From contig CBDIID010000003.1 in the NCBI GenBank assembly GCA_965279515.1, forward strand, positions 3,104,001-3,168,000: a DNA stretch of 64,000 bases, in the 5' to 3' direction. Numbering within the stretch: position 1 is the stretch's first letter; the number at the start of each line of letters is the position of its first letter. Positions 8,493-17,433 of this stretch are shown piece by piece. Made by a program: the position numbers and the translations under genes. The stretch comes from Turneriella sp. (lineage in GTDB: Bacteria > Spirochaetota > Leptospiria > Turneriellales > Turneriellaceae). The notes beneath the pieces were generated by a model, which worked only from the letters and a program-made list of their open reading frames with translations, was not told the DNA's origin and made no database searches.

Positions 8493-9344
8493 TTGGTTTT
8501 GTCAGAAAAATACATTCAGAAAAATGACCCAAATTTAGTCCGTGAAGTCGGTATTTGCCGGGATATCCTGGAATCCATGCGACAAAGCGGATTGAAAGAT
8601 TTAGCAATCACCAATGTGGACTTCAATTTTACCTCCGATGATAAAGAAGAGCTGAAGGGTCTACAGGCCGACTTGGCTGCTGAATTCAAATTTAAAGTCG
8701 ATTACCTGAAATCCATCGCAACAATACGTCGCGAATATGAGCTTTCCATAGAAATGCAAGGTGTTATCATCAGCGATGACCTTTTAATTTTTCTCATTGG
8801 CTACCTATTCACGAAAGCCTTGAACCATAACTGCTGTTTCGGTGACTGGGGCGCAAGCGTCTCAGATAAAATCTATGACTTAAAGGTGGCGACGAAGGAT
8901 GCATTACAAGATAAAGGGTATGAGTATTATCATGGACAACGATTTTACCTCGCTTACCAGTCTTTTTATCTAGCCAACTTAAAAAAAGCCACTGCCGAAC
9001 TGGAGTTCAATCTGGGATGCCTTAAGTATGATTATGGTTTTCGGGGTGATGCAACCGACCATTTTACAAATGCCATTACTATAGATCCGAAAAATCTAAC
9101 GCCATATCTCAACCGCGGCGTTGCTTATTACGATATGCAAGAATATGAAAAAGCCATTTCAGACTATCAGATGGCAACGCGCGATGAGCCCAAGAACCCT
9201 AGCCCGTACATCAATTTGGGGAATGCTTATATCAAGCTCGGAAACAAGGACTTGGCAATCCAAAATTATGACAAGGCGATTGCCTTAGGCGCTGAAGATG
9301 GGCCGAAGATTAAGGCCCATGGACTTAGCCAAATTCAGCTTTGA
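8493..9344 (+). CDS. TPR protein with possible N-terminal RraB-like domain (cassette)
   Basis: TPRs YLNRGVAYYDMQEYEKAISDY and YINLGNAYIKLG; N-terminal VDFNF..FGDWGA; start uncertain. Confidence 0.8.
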   Translation: MVLSEKYIQKNDPNLVREVGICRDILESMRQSGLKDLAITNVDFNFTSDDKEELKGLQADLAAEFKFKVDYLKSIATIRREYELSIEMQGVIISDDLLIFLIGYLFTKALNHNCCFGDWGASVSDKIYDLKVATKDALQDKGYEYYHGQRFYLAYQSFYLANLKKATAELEFNLGCLKYDYGFRGDATDHFTNAITIDPKNLTPYLNRGVAYYDMQEYEKAISDYQMATRDEPKNPSPYINLGNAYIKLGNKDLAIQNYDKAIALGAEDGPKIKAHGLSQIQL

Positions 9345-9904
9345 TGAACTCAATCCGTATTGAAACAAAGAGATTGATCCTACGCACCTGGCAGCGCGAA
9401 GATCTGAGTGATTTCGCGGCTATGAACGCAGATCCCGATGTGATGCGGTTTTTCCCGGCGCCGCTGACGGCAAACGAATCCGGGTTGTTATTTGAAAGAC
9501 TGATTCGCCATTTCGAACTGAAAGGCTTCGGTCTATTTGCGCTTGAACTGAAATCAAGGCCAGGTTTGATTGGATTTACTGGCTTATCAACGGTGACCTT
9601 TACCGCACCGTTTGGCGAAGATATTGAATTAGGGTGGCGCATCATGCGCGAATACCAAGGGAATGGTTATGCAACCGAGGCCGCAAATGCGGCAAAGAAT
9701 TACGGGTTCGATGTATTGGGTCTCAAATCGCTTGTGGCATTTACTGTGCCAACGAACTTGCCATCCCGAAGGGTCATGGAGAAAATCGGCATGGTTCATA
9801 ACCCTGACGATGATTTTGATCACCCGAGAGTCCCTGAGCATCATCCGCTAAGGCGGCATGTGCTGTATAGAGTTGGGGCAACGAGTTCGGCTATTTCGCT
9901 CTGA
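9344..9904 (+). CDS. GNAT N-acetyltransferase, RimJ/RimL type (cassette)
   Basis: IETKRLILR, ELGWR..YQGNGYATEAA, NLPSRRVMEKIGM; TGATG coupling with the TPR gene; stop codon overlaps R5. Confidence 0.93.
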   Translation: MNSIRIETKRLILRTWQREDLSDFAAMNADPDVMRFFPAPLTANESGLLFERLIRHFELKGFGLFALELKSRPGLIGFTGLSTVTFTAPFGEDIELGWRIMREYQGNGYATEAANAAKNYGFDVLGLKSLVAFTVPTNLPSRRVMEKIGMVHNPDDDFDHPRVPEHHPLRRHVLYRVGATSSAISL

Positions 9905-9960
9905 TCGTAGTTTACTGGCTACGGGGTGTGGGCGCAGGTGGAATTGGCGGGGGAGGGGGG
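9903..9960 (+). repeat. Array repeat R5
   Basis: GATCGTAGTTTACTGGCTACGGGGTGTGGGCGCAGGTGGAATTGGCGGGGGAGGGGGG. Confidence 0.92.
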
Positions 9961-9980
9961 GAAAGCCTCGGGAAGATATT

Positions 9981-10397
9981 TTGAGACTAAATATTCATAC
10001 AGTTTACATTCATTTTGTTGATGGCGTTGAGGCATTTCGGCCAGTCAAAGCTTTGGTTGATTTGCAAGGTTGCTCACAGATATTACCAACTGCAGATTAC
10101 GACCCAACAGATAGGACAGAATTATGGTCTTTCAGACCTGGGGATAAGGTTCTGGTAAGAAATCAAGAATTCGGTAAAGACAAGACGATCGGCGATCTTG
10201 CTTACGCGCCATATAGAGAAGCCGAACAAATAAAGGACCTGAATTGGTTCCTCTATAATTTAGTGTTAGAAAAAATCCAGCTCGGCAAACCGATTCAAGA
10301 ATCTCACGCTGATTTTATTAACCAAATTAGAAACGATTTGGCACAGGGCATTTTTCATTATCCGGTCATCAAGGAAAAGATTCAGGATTTAGGATAG
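9981..10397 (+). CDS. Hypothetical protein (cassette)
   Basis: TVYIHFVDGVEAFRPVKA..YDP..ELWSFRPGD; TTG start chosen downstream of R5. Confidence 0.7.
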   Translation: MRLNIHTVYIHFVDGVEAFRPVKALVDLQGCSQILPTADYDPTDRTELWSFRPGDKVLVRNQEFGKDKTIGDLAYAPYREAEQIKDLNWFLYNLVLEKIQLGKPIQESHADFINQIRNDLAQGIFHYPVIKEKIQDLG

Positions 10398-10463
10398 TAC
10401 CTTGAACCGGGGCCTTAAGATGACAAAAAATGCCGCGATTACTGTGGTGGCTGGCTCCCGCCC

Positions 10464-10516
10464 GATCGTAGTTTACCGGACACGGGATATGGGTGTGGTG
10501 GGATTGGCGGGAGGAG
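10464..10516 (+). repeat. Array repeat R6
   Basis: GATCGTAGTTTACCGGACACGGGATATGGGTGTGGTGGGATTGGCGGGAGGAG. Confidence 0.88.
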
Positions 10517-10551
10517 CGTTGACCCCCAGCAGCCATACTAGGAGAATATTC

Positions 10552-11079
10552 ATGCAAGAATCAACTGAAGTTAAGATATTAGCTGGTGGTCCGCGAGCAG
10601 CAGTTATTAGCATTTTGACATTGGGCTTACTTGGAATATTCCTAAGATTCGCTTCGAGTAACTTTAATCCTCAAAACGAAATACCAGAAATTATGTTCCG
10701 CATCATTCTTCTTGCGCCATTTGCTTGGCTATTACTTAAACCTTCAAAGATCGCCTATCAAGGTGTTTTAGCCGTATTCGGAGTAAATTTACTGATCAGT
10801 TTAATAATCACCATCCAGGCTCCGACGCCGATAATCATCGTCCCTTTAATAATGCAGACAGTATTAGGCATTTATCTTTTCTCATCTTACGCACAGGCTT
10901 TTAGTACGAAGTCAAAAAATACGGTTAAGCGCATTTATGCGCAGGCCCGGGAGGCTGAATCGAAAAAGCAGTATTTGGAAGCTAAGAATCTATACGCGCA
11001 GGTAGTGACAGAGTATCCTGGCACCTTGGAGGCCGAACTCGCTGCGGAATGTTTGCAACATTTGCCGCCAACCGTTTGA
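10552..11079 (+). CDS. Four-TM membrane protein with C-terminal TPR-like helices (cassette)
   Basis: AGGAG RBS; four hydrophobic segments; YAQVVTEYPGT. Confidence 0.75.
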   Translation: MQESTEVKILAGGPRAAVISILTLGLLGIFLRFASSNFNPQNEIPEIMFRIILLAPFAWLLLKPSKIAYQGVLAVFGVNLLISLIITIQAPTPIIIVPLIMQTVLGIYLFSSYAQAFSTKSKNTVKRIYAQAREAESKKQYLEAKNLYAQVVTEYPGTLEAELAAECLQHLPPTV

Positions 11080-11117
11080 GTCTTCTAAGCTTAATTGGAA
11101 AGATTGCTAACAGAGAA

Positions 11118-11918
11118 ATGAAATTCTTAGTTTTGATAATTCTGATCATAATGCAAGTGCCAGCCTGCTCGAAACCACCTAAAACGGAGCCATTCGAGTG
11201 CAAGTGCTATTACAGATTTAGCTCGAATGACGTGAAACAAGTCCCTTTCGATCCCGACAAGAGTCACTCACTGTACGAAAAGCAAGAGTATGATAAACTT
11301 ATGGATTTGTGTCTTGCGTATGAAAAGCCCAGCCGTGAAGCGATTGGATGGCTCGCCGAAGCTTCCTTTGCGATCGCAGAGATAGGAGCTGGAAATGGGG
11401 TGCCCAATGGTTCACCGGAGATATACCTTGATAGCGCGTCTGATGAAATAGCTCACGATTATAGCCATGCAACAGAACGCCCCGCTCATTATTGGCCCAA
11501 GGAAATACGGTTCCGCTATGGTGCTTTAGCCATTTGCGCAACATCGTGTTATGCAGAGACAACAAACCCTGAGGACGAAAATTATTCTGAATACCAGAAA
11601 AGGCTACTCGTAGTCTTAATACGAACCAAGCAGTATGGTGAAATTCACAATTTCATAAAATCTGCAAAAGCATCGGGCATGTTGAAGAGATTGGATGCAA
11701 CTTTTTTTCTGGACCTTGGTTCTCAATTCATTAAGTTAAGTGACCTTATTGAAGGAGTTCGATACATTAAATTCCTGCATAAACACATTCCACAACAGAA
11801 AAATCAATTAACTTATTGGCGTAAGTTATTCTTATACGCGGCGGAGCATGACCAAAGACTCGGCGTTATGCAAAGAAATCATGCAAAATCAGAAATCGAT
11901 AAAACATTTCCGCAGTAG
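11118..11918 (+). CDS. Lipoprotein (cassette)
   Basis: Signal and lipobox MKFLVLIILIIMQVPAC. Confidence 0.75.
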   Translation: MKFLVLIILIIMQVPACSKPPKTEPFECKCYYRFSSNDVKQVPFDPDKSHSLYEKQEYDKLMDLCLAYEKPSREAIGWLAEASFAIAEIGAGNGVPNGSPEIYLDSASDEIAHDYSHATERPAHYWPKEIRFRYGALAICATSCYAETTNPEDENYSEYQKRLLVVLIRTKQYGEIHNFIKSAKASGMLKRLDATFFLDLGSQFIKLSDLIEGVRYIKFLHKHIPQQKNQLTYWRKLFLYAAEHDQRLGVMQRNHAKSEIDKTFPQ

Positions 11919-11940
11919 CCAATCTGATCGGGCTCGTTTT

Positions 11941-11992
11941 GATCGTAGTTTACTAACCACACGGTATGGGCGCGGGTGGATTGGCGGGGGAG
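11941..11992 (+). repeat. Array repeat R7
   Basis: GATCGTAGTTTACTAACCACACGGTATGGGCGCGGGTGGATTGGCGGGGGAG. Confidence 0.92.
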
Positions 11993-12006
11993 AGGGTAAG
12001 ACTCGA

Positions 12007-12420
12007 ATGATAAATCTCCTGAAATTCCTAAAGAGACTTTGGCCAAAGGAGAAAGAACTTTGGACTGAAGAAAAGAGCGAGGCTAAACAATGTCTCCATT
12101 GCGGTCGGCTCGGTTCGGGCTATCGAATAAGCTCCCCCGGTCAACTTGCGGAGACAATATTAATTCTGCAAGAGATGCTTAACGACCAAACGCTATCAGA
12201 GGTGCCAAATCTGAAAGGCATGGTTCAGAAGCACAACAAACCATTTGGCCGCGTGTCTGCACGAGGAAAGTGGGAGGATACGCTTATCTACGATTTCGAA
12301 TGTAAGCACTGCCATGATTTTTTTCATTTGGGAGTAGATACCTACCATGGAGGCGGTGGTAGATTGAAGAGAATAGGTCCAGAAATCCAGTATGATAGAT
12401 ATGGTAATACGCTTGCTTAG
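12007..12420 (+). CDS. Zn-ribbon hypothetical protein (cassette)
   Basis: CLHC and FECKHC..FHLGVDTYHGGGG. Confidence 0.75.
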   Translation: MINLLKFLKRLWPKEKELWTEEKSEAKQCLHCGRLGSGYRISSPGQLAETILILQEMLNDQTLSEVPNLKGMVQKHNKPFGRVSARGKWEDTLIYDFECKHCHDFFHLGVDTYHGGGGRLKRIGPEIQYDRYGNTLA

Positions 12421-12433
12421 AATGCTCATTTAC

Positions 12434-12487
12434 GATCCGGGTTTACCCGGCACGGCGCGTGGGCGCGGGCGGAATTGGCGGGGGAAG
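12434..12487 (+). repeat. Array repeat R8
   Basis: GATCCGGGTTTACCCGGCACGGCGCGTGGGCGCGGGCGGAATTGGCGGGGGAAG. Confidence 0.88.
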
Positions 12488-12503
12488 CGGAATTACATAA
12501 ACT

Positions 12504-12776
12504 ATGAACCCAAATAAAATGCCGGTTCTGAGTTTTTGGCCGCGCTTCTTTTTGGATTTATTGGCAGCCGTTACGATGACTATTGTTGGTATGTGGGGAA
12601 CATACCTGTTCTCACTTTCTGACTTCTGGCCCTCTCTTCGCCATCCTGGCGGGGGGCAACACAGTGACCTTAGGGATTTAGTTGAAAACCATTACTGGCT
12701 TATAATTTTAATCGGTACAGTCACTCTTACTTATTATCAACAAGCCAGAAGGCGAAAATCAGGTACGCAGAAATAA
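12504..12776 (+). CDS. Small two-TM membrane protein (cassette)
   Basis: Two hydrophobic segments; starts just after R8. Confidence 0.65.
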   Translation: MNPNKMPVLSFWPRFFLDLLAAVTMTIVGMWGTYLFSLSDFWPSLRHPGGGQHSDLRDLVENHYWLIILIGTVTLTYYQQARRRKSGTQK

Positions 12777-12863
12777 TTGTGCAACTTTGATGCATGTAGG
12801 GTGATGTGCCAAGCCTCCCGCACAGTAGCGGTAACCTTGGCCGGGCGCCTAGACCACTTTTTC

Positions 12864-12897
12864 TTGACGATGCGCTTGTTGTACAATAAATTGTACC
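12864..12897 (+). promoter_or_regulatory. yefM-yoeB promoter and operator
   Basis: TTGACG-N17-TAAATT overlapping TGTACA (12880) and TGTACC (12892), 12 bp apart, like the known YefM operator. Confidence 0.75.
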
Positions 12898-12899
12898 TA

Positions 12900-13148
12900 A
12901 TGGAAGCCGTATCTTACAGCGATCTCCGGAAAAATCTCAAGAAGTACATGGATGATGTATACACAGGCCATTATCCCCTGATCATTACGAGAAAAAATGA
13001 TGAGAATGTTGTCATGATTTCTTTAGATGAGTTTAACGCCTTACAAGAAACCAACTATCTCCTGGCATCAGACGCGAATGCAAAACATCTCAAAAAATCT
13101 ATATCACAGCATAAATCCGGCAAGTTGAAACAAATCAAGATTGCTTGA
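12900..13148 (+). CDS. yefM: Phd/YefM antitoxin
   Basis: VSYSDLRKNLKKYMD..PLIITRK..VVMISLDEFNALQETNYLL. Confidence 0.95.
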   Translation: MEAVSYSDLRKNLKKYMDDVYTGHYPLIITRKNDENVVMISLDEFNALQETNYLLASDANAKHLKKSISQHKSGKLKQIKIA

Positions 13149-13405
13149 TGAATGTTTTATTTACGGACGCCGGTTGGCAGGACTACATTTACTGGCAAAC
13201 GGAAGATCGAAAGACTTTAAAGAGAATCAATGATCTTATTAGAGATATCAAACGATCGCCTTATGAAGGCATCGGAAAACCAGAACCGTTGAAGCATCAA
13301 CTACAAGGGTATTGGTCCCGCAGAATTGATCCGGAACATCGGCTTGTTTACCAGGCTGAGGGCAATAAGACACTGATTATCATTGCCTGTCGTTATCATT
13401 ACTAA
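13148..13405 (+). CDS. yoeB: Txe/YoeB mRNase toxin
   Basis: WQDYIYWQ..GIGKPEPLK..YWSRRID.EHRLVY..CRYHY. Confidence 0.97.
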   Translation: MNVLFTDAGWQDYIYWQTEDRKTLKRINDLIRDIKRSPYEGIGKPEPLKHQLQGYWSRRIDPEHRLVYQAEGNKTLIIIACRYHY

Positions 13406-13450
13406 GTCAGCACTGCGGTCAGCGGCAGCGAGTCGAGGAGTATGGCACCA

Positions 13451-13501
13451 ATCGGCATTTCACGGCCACGGGGTGTGAGCGCGGGTGGAATTGGCGGGGG
13501 G
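13451..13501 (+). repeat. Array repeat R9
   Basis: ATCGGCATTTCACGGCCACGGGGTGTGAGCGCGGGTGGAATTGGCGGGGGG. Confidence 0.85.
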
Positions 13502-13567
13502 ACGTAAATCCAAGAGCTATTTTCCTGAAATATTGCCGCGAGTCTGAAAATAGTCGACATTCCATAC

Positions 13568-13586
13568 GTATATTGTAAACATATAC
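13568..13586 (+). promoter_or_regulatory. Putative brnTA operator (inverted repeat)
   Basis: GTATAT-N7-ATATAC immediately before the brnT ATG. Confidence 0.5.
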
Positions 13587-13886
13587 ATGATAATTCCTGA
13601 TTTTGAAGCCGTGGAAGGCTTTGAATGGGGCAAAGGGAATGTAGACAAAAATTATGATAAGTACCAGGTTACAAATCTTGAATGCGAAGAAATTTTCATG
13701 AACGAACCGCTGCTGATATTTTCAGACGATTTGCACTCAAATAACGAAGACCGATACACTGCCTTTGGCAAAACAAACCACTTTCGGTTTCTCGCATTGA
13801 CTTTCATTCTAAGAAAGAACCGAATTCGTGTTGTTTCAGCGCGCGATATGTCAGCGAAGGAGAAAAAGCAATATGAAAACACTTAA
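13587..13886 (+). CDS. brnT: BrnT family toxin
   Basis: GFEW..N..K..ECEEIF..HS.NEDRY..G..IRVVSAR.MS.KEK..Y. Confidence 0.92.
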   Translation: MIIPDFEAVEGFEWGKGNVDKNYDKYQVTNLECEEIFMNEPLLIFSDDLHSNNEDRYTAFGKTNHFRFLALTFILRKNRIRVVSARDMSAKEKKQYENT

Positions 13887-14148
13887 AAAAATGCCCAAAT
13901 TCAAGACTGAGGATGCAGAGAGAGAATTTTGGGCAAAGAACGACTTTACTGACTTTCTGGATTTTTCGAAAGGCATCAAGGCTAAATTTCCCAACCTAAA
14001 ACCTTCGACCCAGACCATTTCGCTGCGATTGCCGGAGTCACTACTGACCGATATCAAAGTTTTAGCGAACAGGCAAGACGTGCCTTACCAGTCCTATATC
14101 AAAATGCTTTTAGCGGAGAAGATTGCGGAAAAGCTTCGTAAGCGATGA
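13873..14148 (+). CDS. brnA: BrnA/CopG-family antitoxin
   Basis: PKFKTEDAEREFW..ISLRLP..IKVLANRQDVPYQSYIK. Confidence 0.9.
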   Translation: MKTLKKMPKFKTEDAEREFWAKNDFTDFLDFSKGIKAKFPNLKPSTQTISLRLPESLLTDIKVLANRQDVPYQSYIKMLLAEKIAEKLRKR

Positions 14149-14192
14149 TTTAGGGCCACAGCATTCACCAATCTCGATCCAATTCGCTTCCC

Positions 14193-14217
14193 ATCGTAGT
14201 TTACCAACCTAGGGGCG
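14193..14217 (+). repeat. Array repeat R10 (5' half; distal boundary)
   Basis: ATCGTAGTTTACCAACCTAGGGGCG. Confidence 0.75.
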
Positions 14218-14345
14218 AAGGCGAAGAGGTCGCCATCGCTTTCAAGTGTTCTCCCTTTGTTTTTGACATGCTGCGCGATCAAAAGGGCTTCCGGCCCGCT
14301 CCGTATCTGGCCTCGCGGCAACGTCGAGCTTAACAAACTCATTTC

Positions 14346-15107
14346 CTATGGTTTGCTGAGCTTCCATATCCTGGGTAGTAACTTACCCACCCGCCGGCGG
14401 TATTCGGCATAGGTTGATCCGAAGCTGTGCATCAGCGCGCGTTCCTCAAAATACAAACCGATAAAAATATAAGCGGTCACTGCTGCCGAGAGTAACGCAT
14501 GGCCGGTAGACATGTGGGGAGTCGCCCATAACAGAATCAGTATGCCGAGTTGCATCGGATGCCGTACGTAACGGTAAAGCGCAGGTTGTCGGAACTCGTG
14601 ACCTTGGTCTTGCGCGGATTTGCACCAGCCCGATTGCCGCAAGCCCACGAGAGCAGCATGGTCAATCAGGAAAGTAGACCAAACGGCGAAGATGAGGCCC
14701 AGGGCAAAAAACGAAAAAATCAGCGCTCTGGCCAGAGGCAGCTCTATGTTCCAAAGGATACCGGGCAACGGTTGCCAGAAAACGCAAATGGCGATGAGCA
14801 GCGTGGACGACGCGAATGCGTATACTGAACGCTCAAGCTGTATTGAGAACAATCGCTCAATCCATGTTTTTATTCGAGGGCGTGCTGCGACCGAATGGTG
14901 CAATCCGAAAATCAGGATTAAGGCAAGGTCGACGGCAAGCTGTGAAATCGTGTGGTTTTGCCATCGTGGCGAACGCTGATCAATGCCCAGGGGCCCAAGA
15001 TCCAATAGGAATAAGGCGAACCAGGCAAAGGCAATTAGGAACTCCAAATATGCCAAAGCCCCAAAAAAGCGGACAGCACTTTTGCCAAGTGTCGTTGCAT
15101 CGGACAC
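14346..15107 (-). CDS. Isoprenylcysteine carboxylmethyltransferase family membrane protein (MddA-like)
   Basis: FGLHHSVAAR, ERSVY, WQP, LYRYVRHPMQLG..WATP.M, EER.L..FG.TY.EYR. Confidence 0.85.
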   Translation of the reverse strand: MSDATTLGKSAVRFFGALAYLEFLIAFAWFALFLLDLGPLGIDQRSPRWQNHTISQLAVDLALILIFGLHHSVAARPRIKTWIERLFSIQLERSVYAFASSTLLIAICVFWQPLPGILWNIELPLARALIFSFFALGLIFAVWSTFLIDHAALVGLRQSGWCKSAQDQGHEFRQPALYRYVRHPMQLGILILLWATPHMSTGHALLSAAVTAYIFIGLYFEERALMHSFGSTYAEYRRRVGKLLPRIWKLSKP

Positions 15108-15911
15108 TTACTTATCCCTCCAATCAGGCGATTGATTACTTTCTTCCCAACCAGGGACTTCAAGCCAAAGACCCTCGCCGACCGCGACGAGCTCACGATT
15201 CGCATCAAAAACGGCTGAACCTACCAGATTGCGCTTGCCGGTAATTTTTTTTACCCAACCTATCACGATATGCTCCTTACCGATCATGACGGGTCGCAGG
15301 ATTTCCACTTCCAGCTTCGCGAGTACGGCTAATTTCAGCTCGCGGCCTGATAAAGCCGCGATGCCGCCCGGACAATCCAAGGCGGCCCAGATGTACCGCG
15401 CCGCAACCATGCCTTTGCCGTCATCGAGGGATGCGTCGGGAATCCAGGGGCTGGCCACCAGTTTGCCATCACGCCCTGAACCGCAGAAGATCCGCAGGCC
15501 GTCGCCGTCTACCCGCTCAGGACCGCAGACAAAACAACTGGGAAAATAATGGCGCTTAAAGCCTTCATACCCTGCCGACCATTCTCTTGCCTGATTGAAA
15601 TCGGGAGCCTCCGGCAGATCGACGGTTAAATTTCCACTGGAAGGACGCGCTTCGACCACGGGCTTGTCGCCATCGAGCAAGACCACGGAACGCTCCTCAC
15701 GGCGCACGGCTAATGCCGTTTGCAGGGGTGCCGGTGCCTTAACCCTTGCCTCTATCGGCCCCTGGGGATAATCGGTAACCAGTTCGGCGGCAAGACCGCA
15801 AACGTATCCGCCATTGCCGCTCTGGGGCGGGCCGCAAAATCTTTTCGCTACAATCGCCGACTCTGCGGGGCCGCGGGACATCATTGTCGTTTCGTGTTTT
15901 GAGTTTCTCAT
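15108..15911 (-). CDS. Double hotdog-fold thioesterase-like protein
   Basis: RFCGPPQSGNGGY, CFVCG..R.DGL, WAALDCPG; start uncertain. Confidence 0.8.
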   Translation of the reverse strand: MRNSKHETTMMSRGPAESAIVAKRFCGPPQSGNGGYVCGLAAELVTDYPQGPIEARVKAPAPLQTALAVRREERSVVLLDGDKPVVEARPSSGNLTVDLPEAPDFNQAREWSAGYEGFKRHYFPSCFVCGPERVDGDGLRIFCGSGRDGKLVASPWIPDASLDDGKGMVAARYIWAALDCPGGIAALSGRELKLAVLAKLEVEILRPVMIGKEHIVIGWVKKITGKRNLVGSAVFDANRELVAVGEGLWLEVPGWEESNQSPDWRDK

Positions 15912-15980
15912 ACCTTATCAAAAAACAGTTGCCGGAATGTTTTGCCCACGAAAGATCCATTGGAATCAAAGTATTTTTTA

Positions 15981-16454
15981 ATGGCTTCTCCCCGCAAACT
16001 CAAAGAAATTAAAATCGATCGAATTTTAGTGGTTCTTGCGGGGCTGCGCGAAATTGTCATGGAAGAGCTGGCGGATTCATACCGCCGGCTGCATGTCCAT
16101 GACATCAACCCGCCCCATGGTGCCGTTCTTTGCGCCCTGCAAACCAAGCAGCCCACCACGATGCTTGAAATTGCCGGGAAAATATTCCGGGATCAGTCGA
16201 CCGTTACCGCTCTTGTTACGCATTTGACGACGCTGGGTTACGTTAGGGTAATTCAGTCGCCCAAAGACAAACGGAAACGATTCGTCGAATTGACCGATCA
16301 GGGAAAAGAATTGCGCGCCAAAGTTACCAAAGCAGCCCGTAAGATTCAAAGACAGATTTTTGACGGGATTCCATCCCGGGACAGGAAAAAACTGATGGAG
16401 ATGCTCGTGCAGATTGGGCATAACCTGCACAGCCCGCATTTTTCAGAGCAATAA
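15981..16454 (+). CDS. MarR family regulator
   Basis: DQSTVTALVTHL..GYV..SPKDKRKRFVELT; divergent from the thioesterase. Confidence 0.9.
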   Translation: MASPRKLKEIKIDRILVVLAGLREIVMEELADSYRRLHVHDINPPHGAVLCALQTKQPTTMLEIAGKIFRDQSTVTALVTHLTTLGYVRVIQSPKDKRKRFVELTDQGKELRAKVTKAARKIQRQIFDGIPSRDRKKLMEMLVQIGHNLHSPHFSEQ

Positions 16455-16530
16455 AGTCGCGCCGCGTCCCGGCTCGTATCGGCATTGACAATTTAACGCG
16501 GCCTGAGGGATTTATTTTGGGTCATAGGGG

Positions 16531-17433
16531 ATGATTACGAAAGGCGCCGGATATTATTCGAAAAAGGTCTGTAACAACGTGACTGCGATGCTGGCATACT
16601 GGGATTCAAATCAGTTATGCCGTTTTGCAAATGATGCTTATCTGCATTGGTTCGGCCGTACAGCGGAAGAGATGATCGATAAGATTTATCTGAAAGATCT
16701 GTTGGGGCCGTTATACGAGATGAATCTGCCTTATATTGAAGCGGCTTATAAGGGGCATCCGCAGGTCTTTGAACGCGCGATTACGGCACCGGACGGGAAA
16801 ATCCGGCATAGCATCGCGAGCTACACACCGGATGTGATAAACGGCCGGATTGAGGGTATTATCGTTCATGTCGCCGATGTTACATATCTGAAGGAAATAG
16901 AGCTGGAGCTGAAGCGCTCAAAGGAAAAAGCCGAGAAATTAGCGGCTCACGATTACCTGACCGGGCTTCCCAACAGATTATTTTTGAACGACCGTATTGC
17001 GGGCGCACTCACATATGCAAAAAACCATGGCACATCATTAGCGTTGTGCCTGTTGGATTTAGATTATTTCAAAAAAATCAATGATTCCTACGGCCATTTG
17101 GCTGGTGATGAAGTTTTGAAAGAATCTGCCGCTCGGCTAAAATCCGCGCTGAATTCGGCCGACACCGTTTACCGAATCGGCGGTGACGAGTTTGTGATTG
17201 TCATGGAACAAATCACGGATCCGAATCAAATTCAAGTCACCGCGGAGCGGATATTGGCGCGTTTCAGGCAACCCATGACAATCCTCGGGCAGGAAATCAC
17301 GCTCACGCTGAGCATCGGAACAGCCGTTTGCAAAGGAGCAAAAACCTCTGCTGAGGAATTGTTGCAGAAGGCAGACCACGCACTTTATCAGGCAAAAAGC
17401 CTGGGCAGGAACCGCTACTCCAACAGCGCCTGA
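16531..17433 (+). CDS. PAS-GGDEF diguanylate cyclase
   Basis: PAS domain; DYLTGLPNR, FKKINDSYGH, RIGGDEF. Confidence 0.95.
   Translation: MITKGAGYYSKKVCNNVTAMLAYWDSNQLCRFANDAYLHWFGRTAEEMIDKIYLKDLLGPLYEMNLPYIEAAYKGHPQVFERAITAPDGKIRHSIASYTPDVINGRIEGIIVHVADVTYLKEIELELKRSKEKAEKLAAHDYLTGLPNRLFLNDRIAGALTYAKNHGTSLALCLLDLDYFKKINDSYGHLAGDEVLKESAARLKSALNSADTVYRIGGDEFVIVMEQITDPNQIQVTAERILARFRQPMTILGQEITLTLSIGTAVCKGAKTSAEELLQKADHALYQAKSLGRNRYSNSA

Larger units (their letters stand above)
6042..14217 (+). mobile_element. Integron-like gene-cassette array delimited by ~50-bp non-attC direct repeats
   Basis: Ten repeat copies alternate with co-oriented, AT-richer unrelated ORFs, including two TA pairs. 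Confidence 0.75.

Noticed and set aside
7925..8607. Minus-strand ORFs containing HPRP..GK[LP]R
   Set aside because: They are translations of the repeat antisense to real cassette genes.
6042..14217. CRISPR array interpretation of the repeats
   Set aside because: Spacing is hundreds of bp to about 1.5 kb and contains whole genes; the repeats are degenerate; there are no cas genes.
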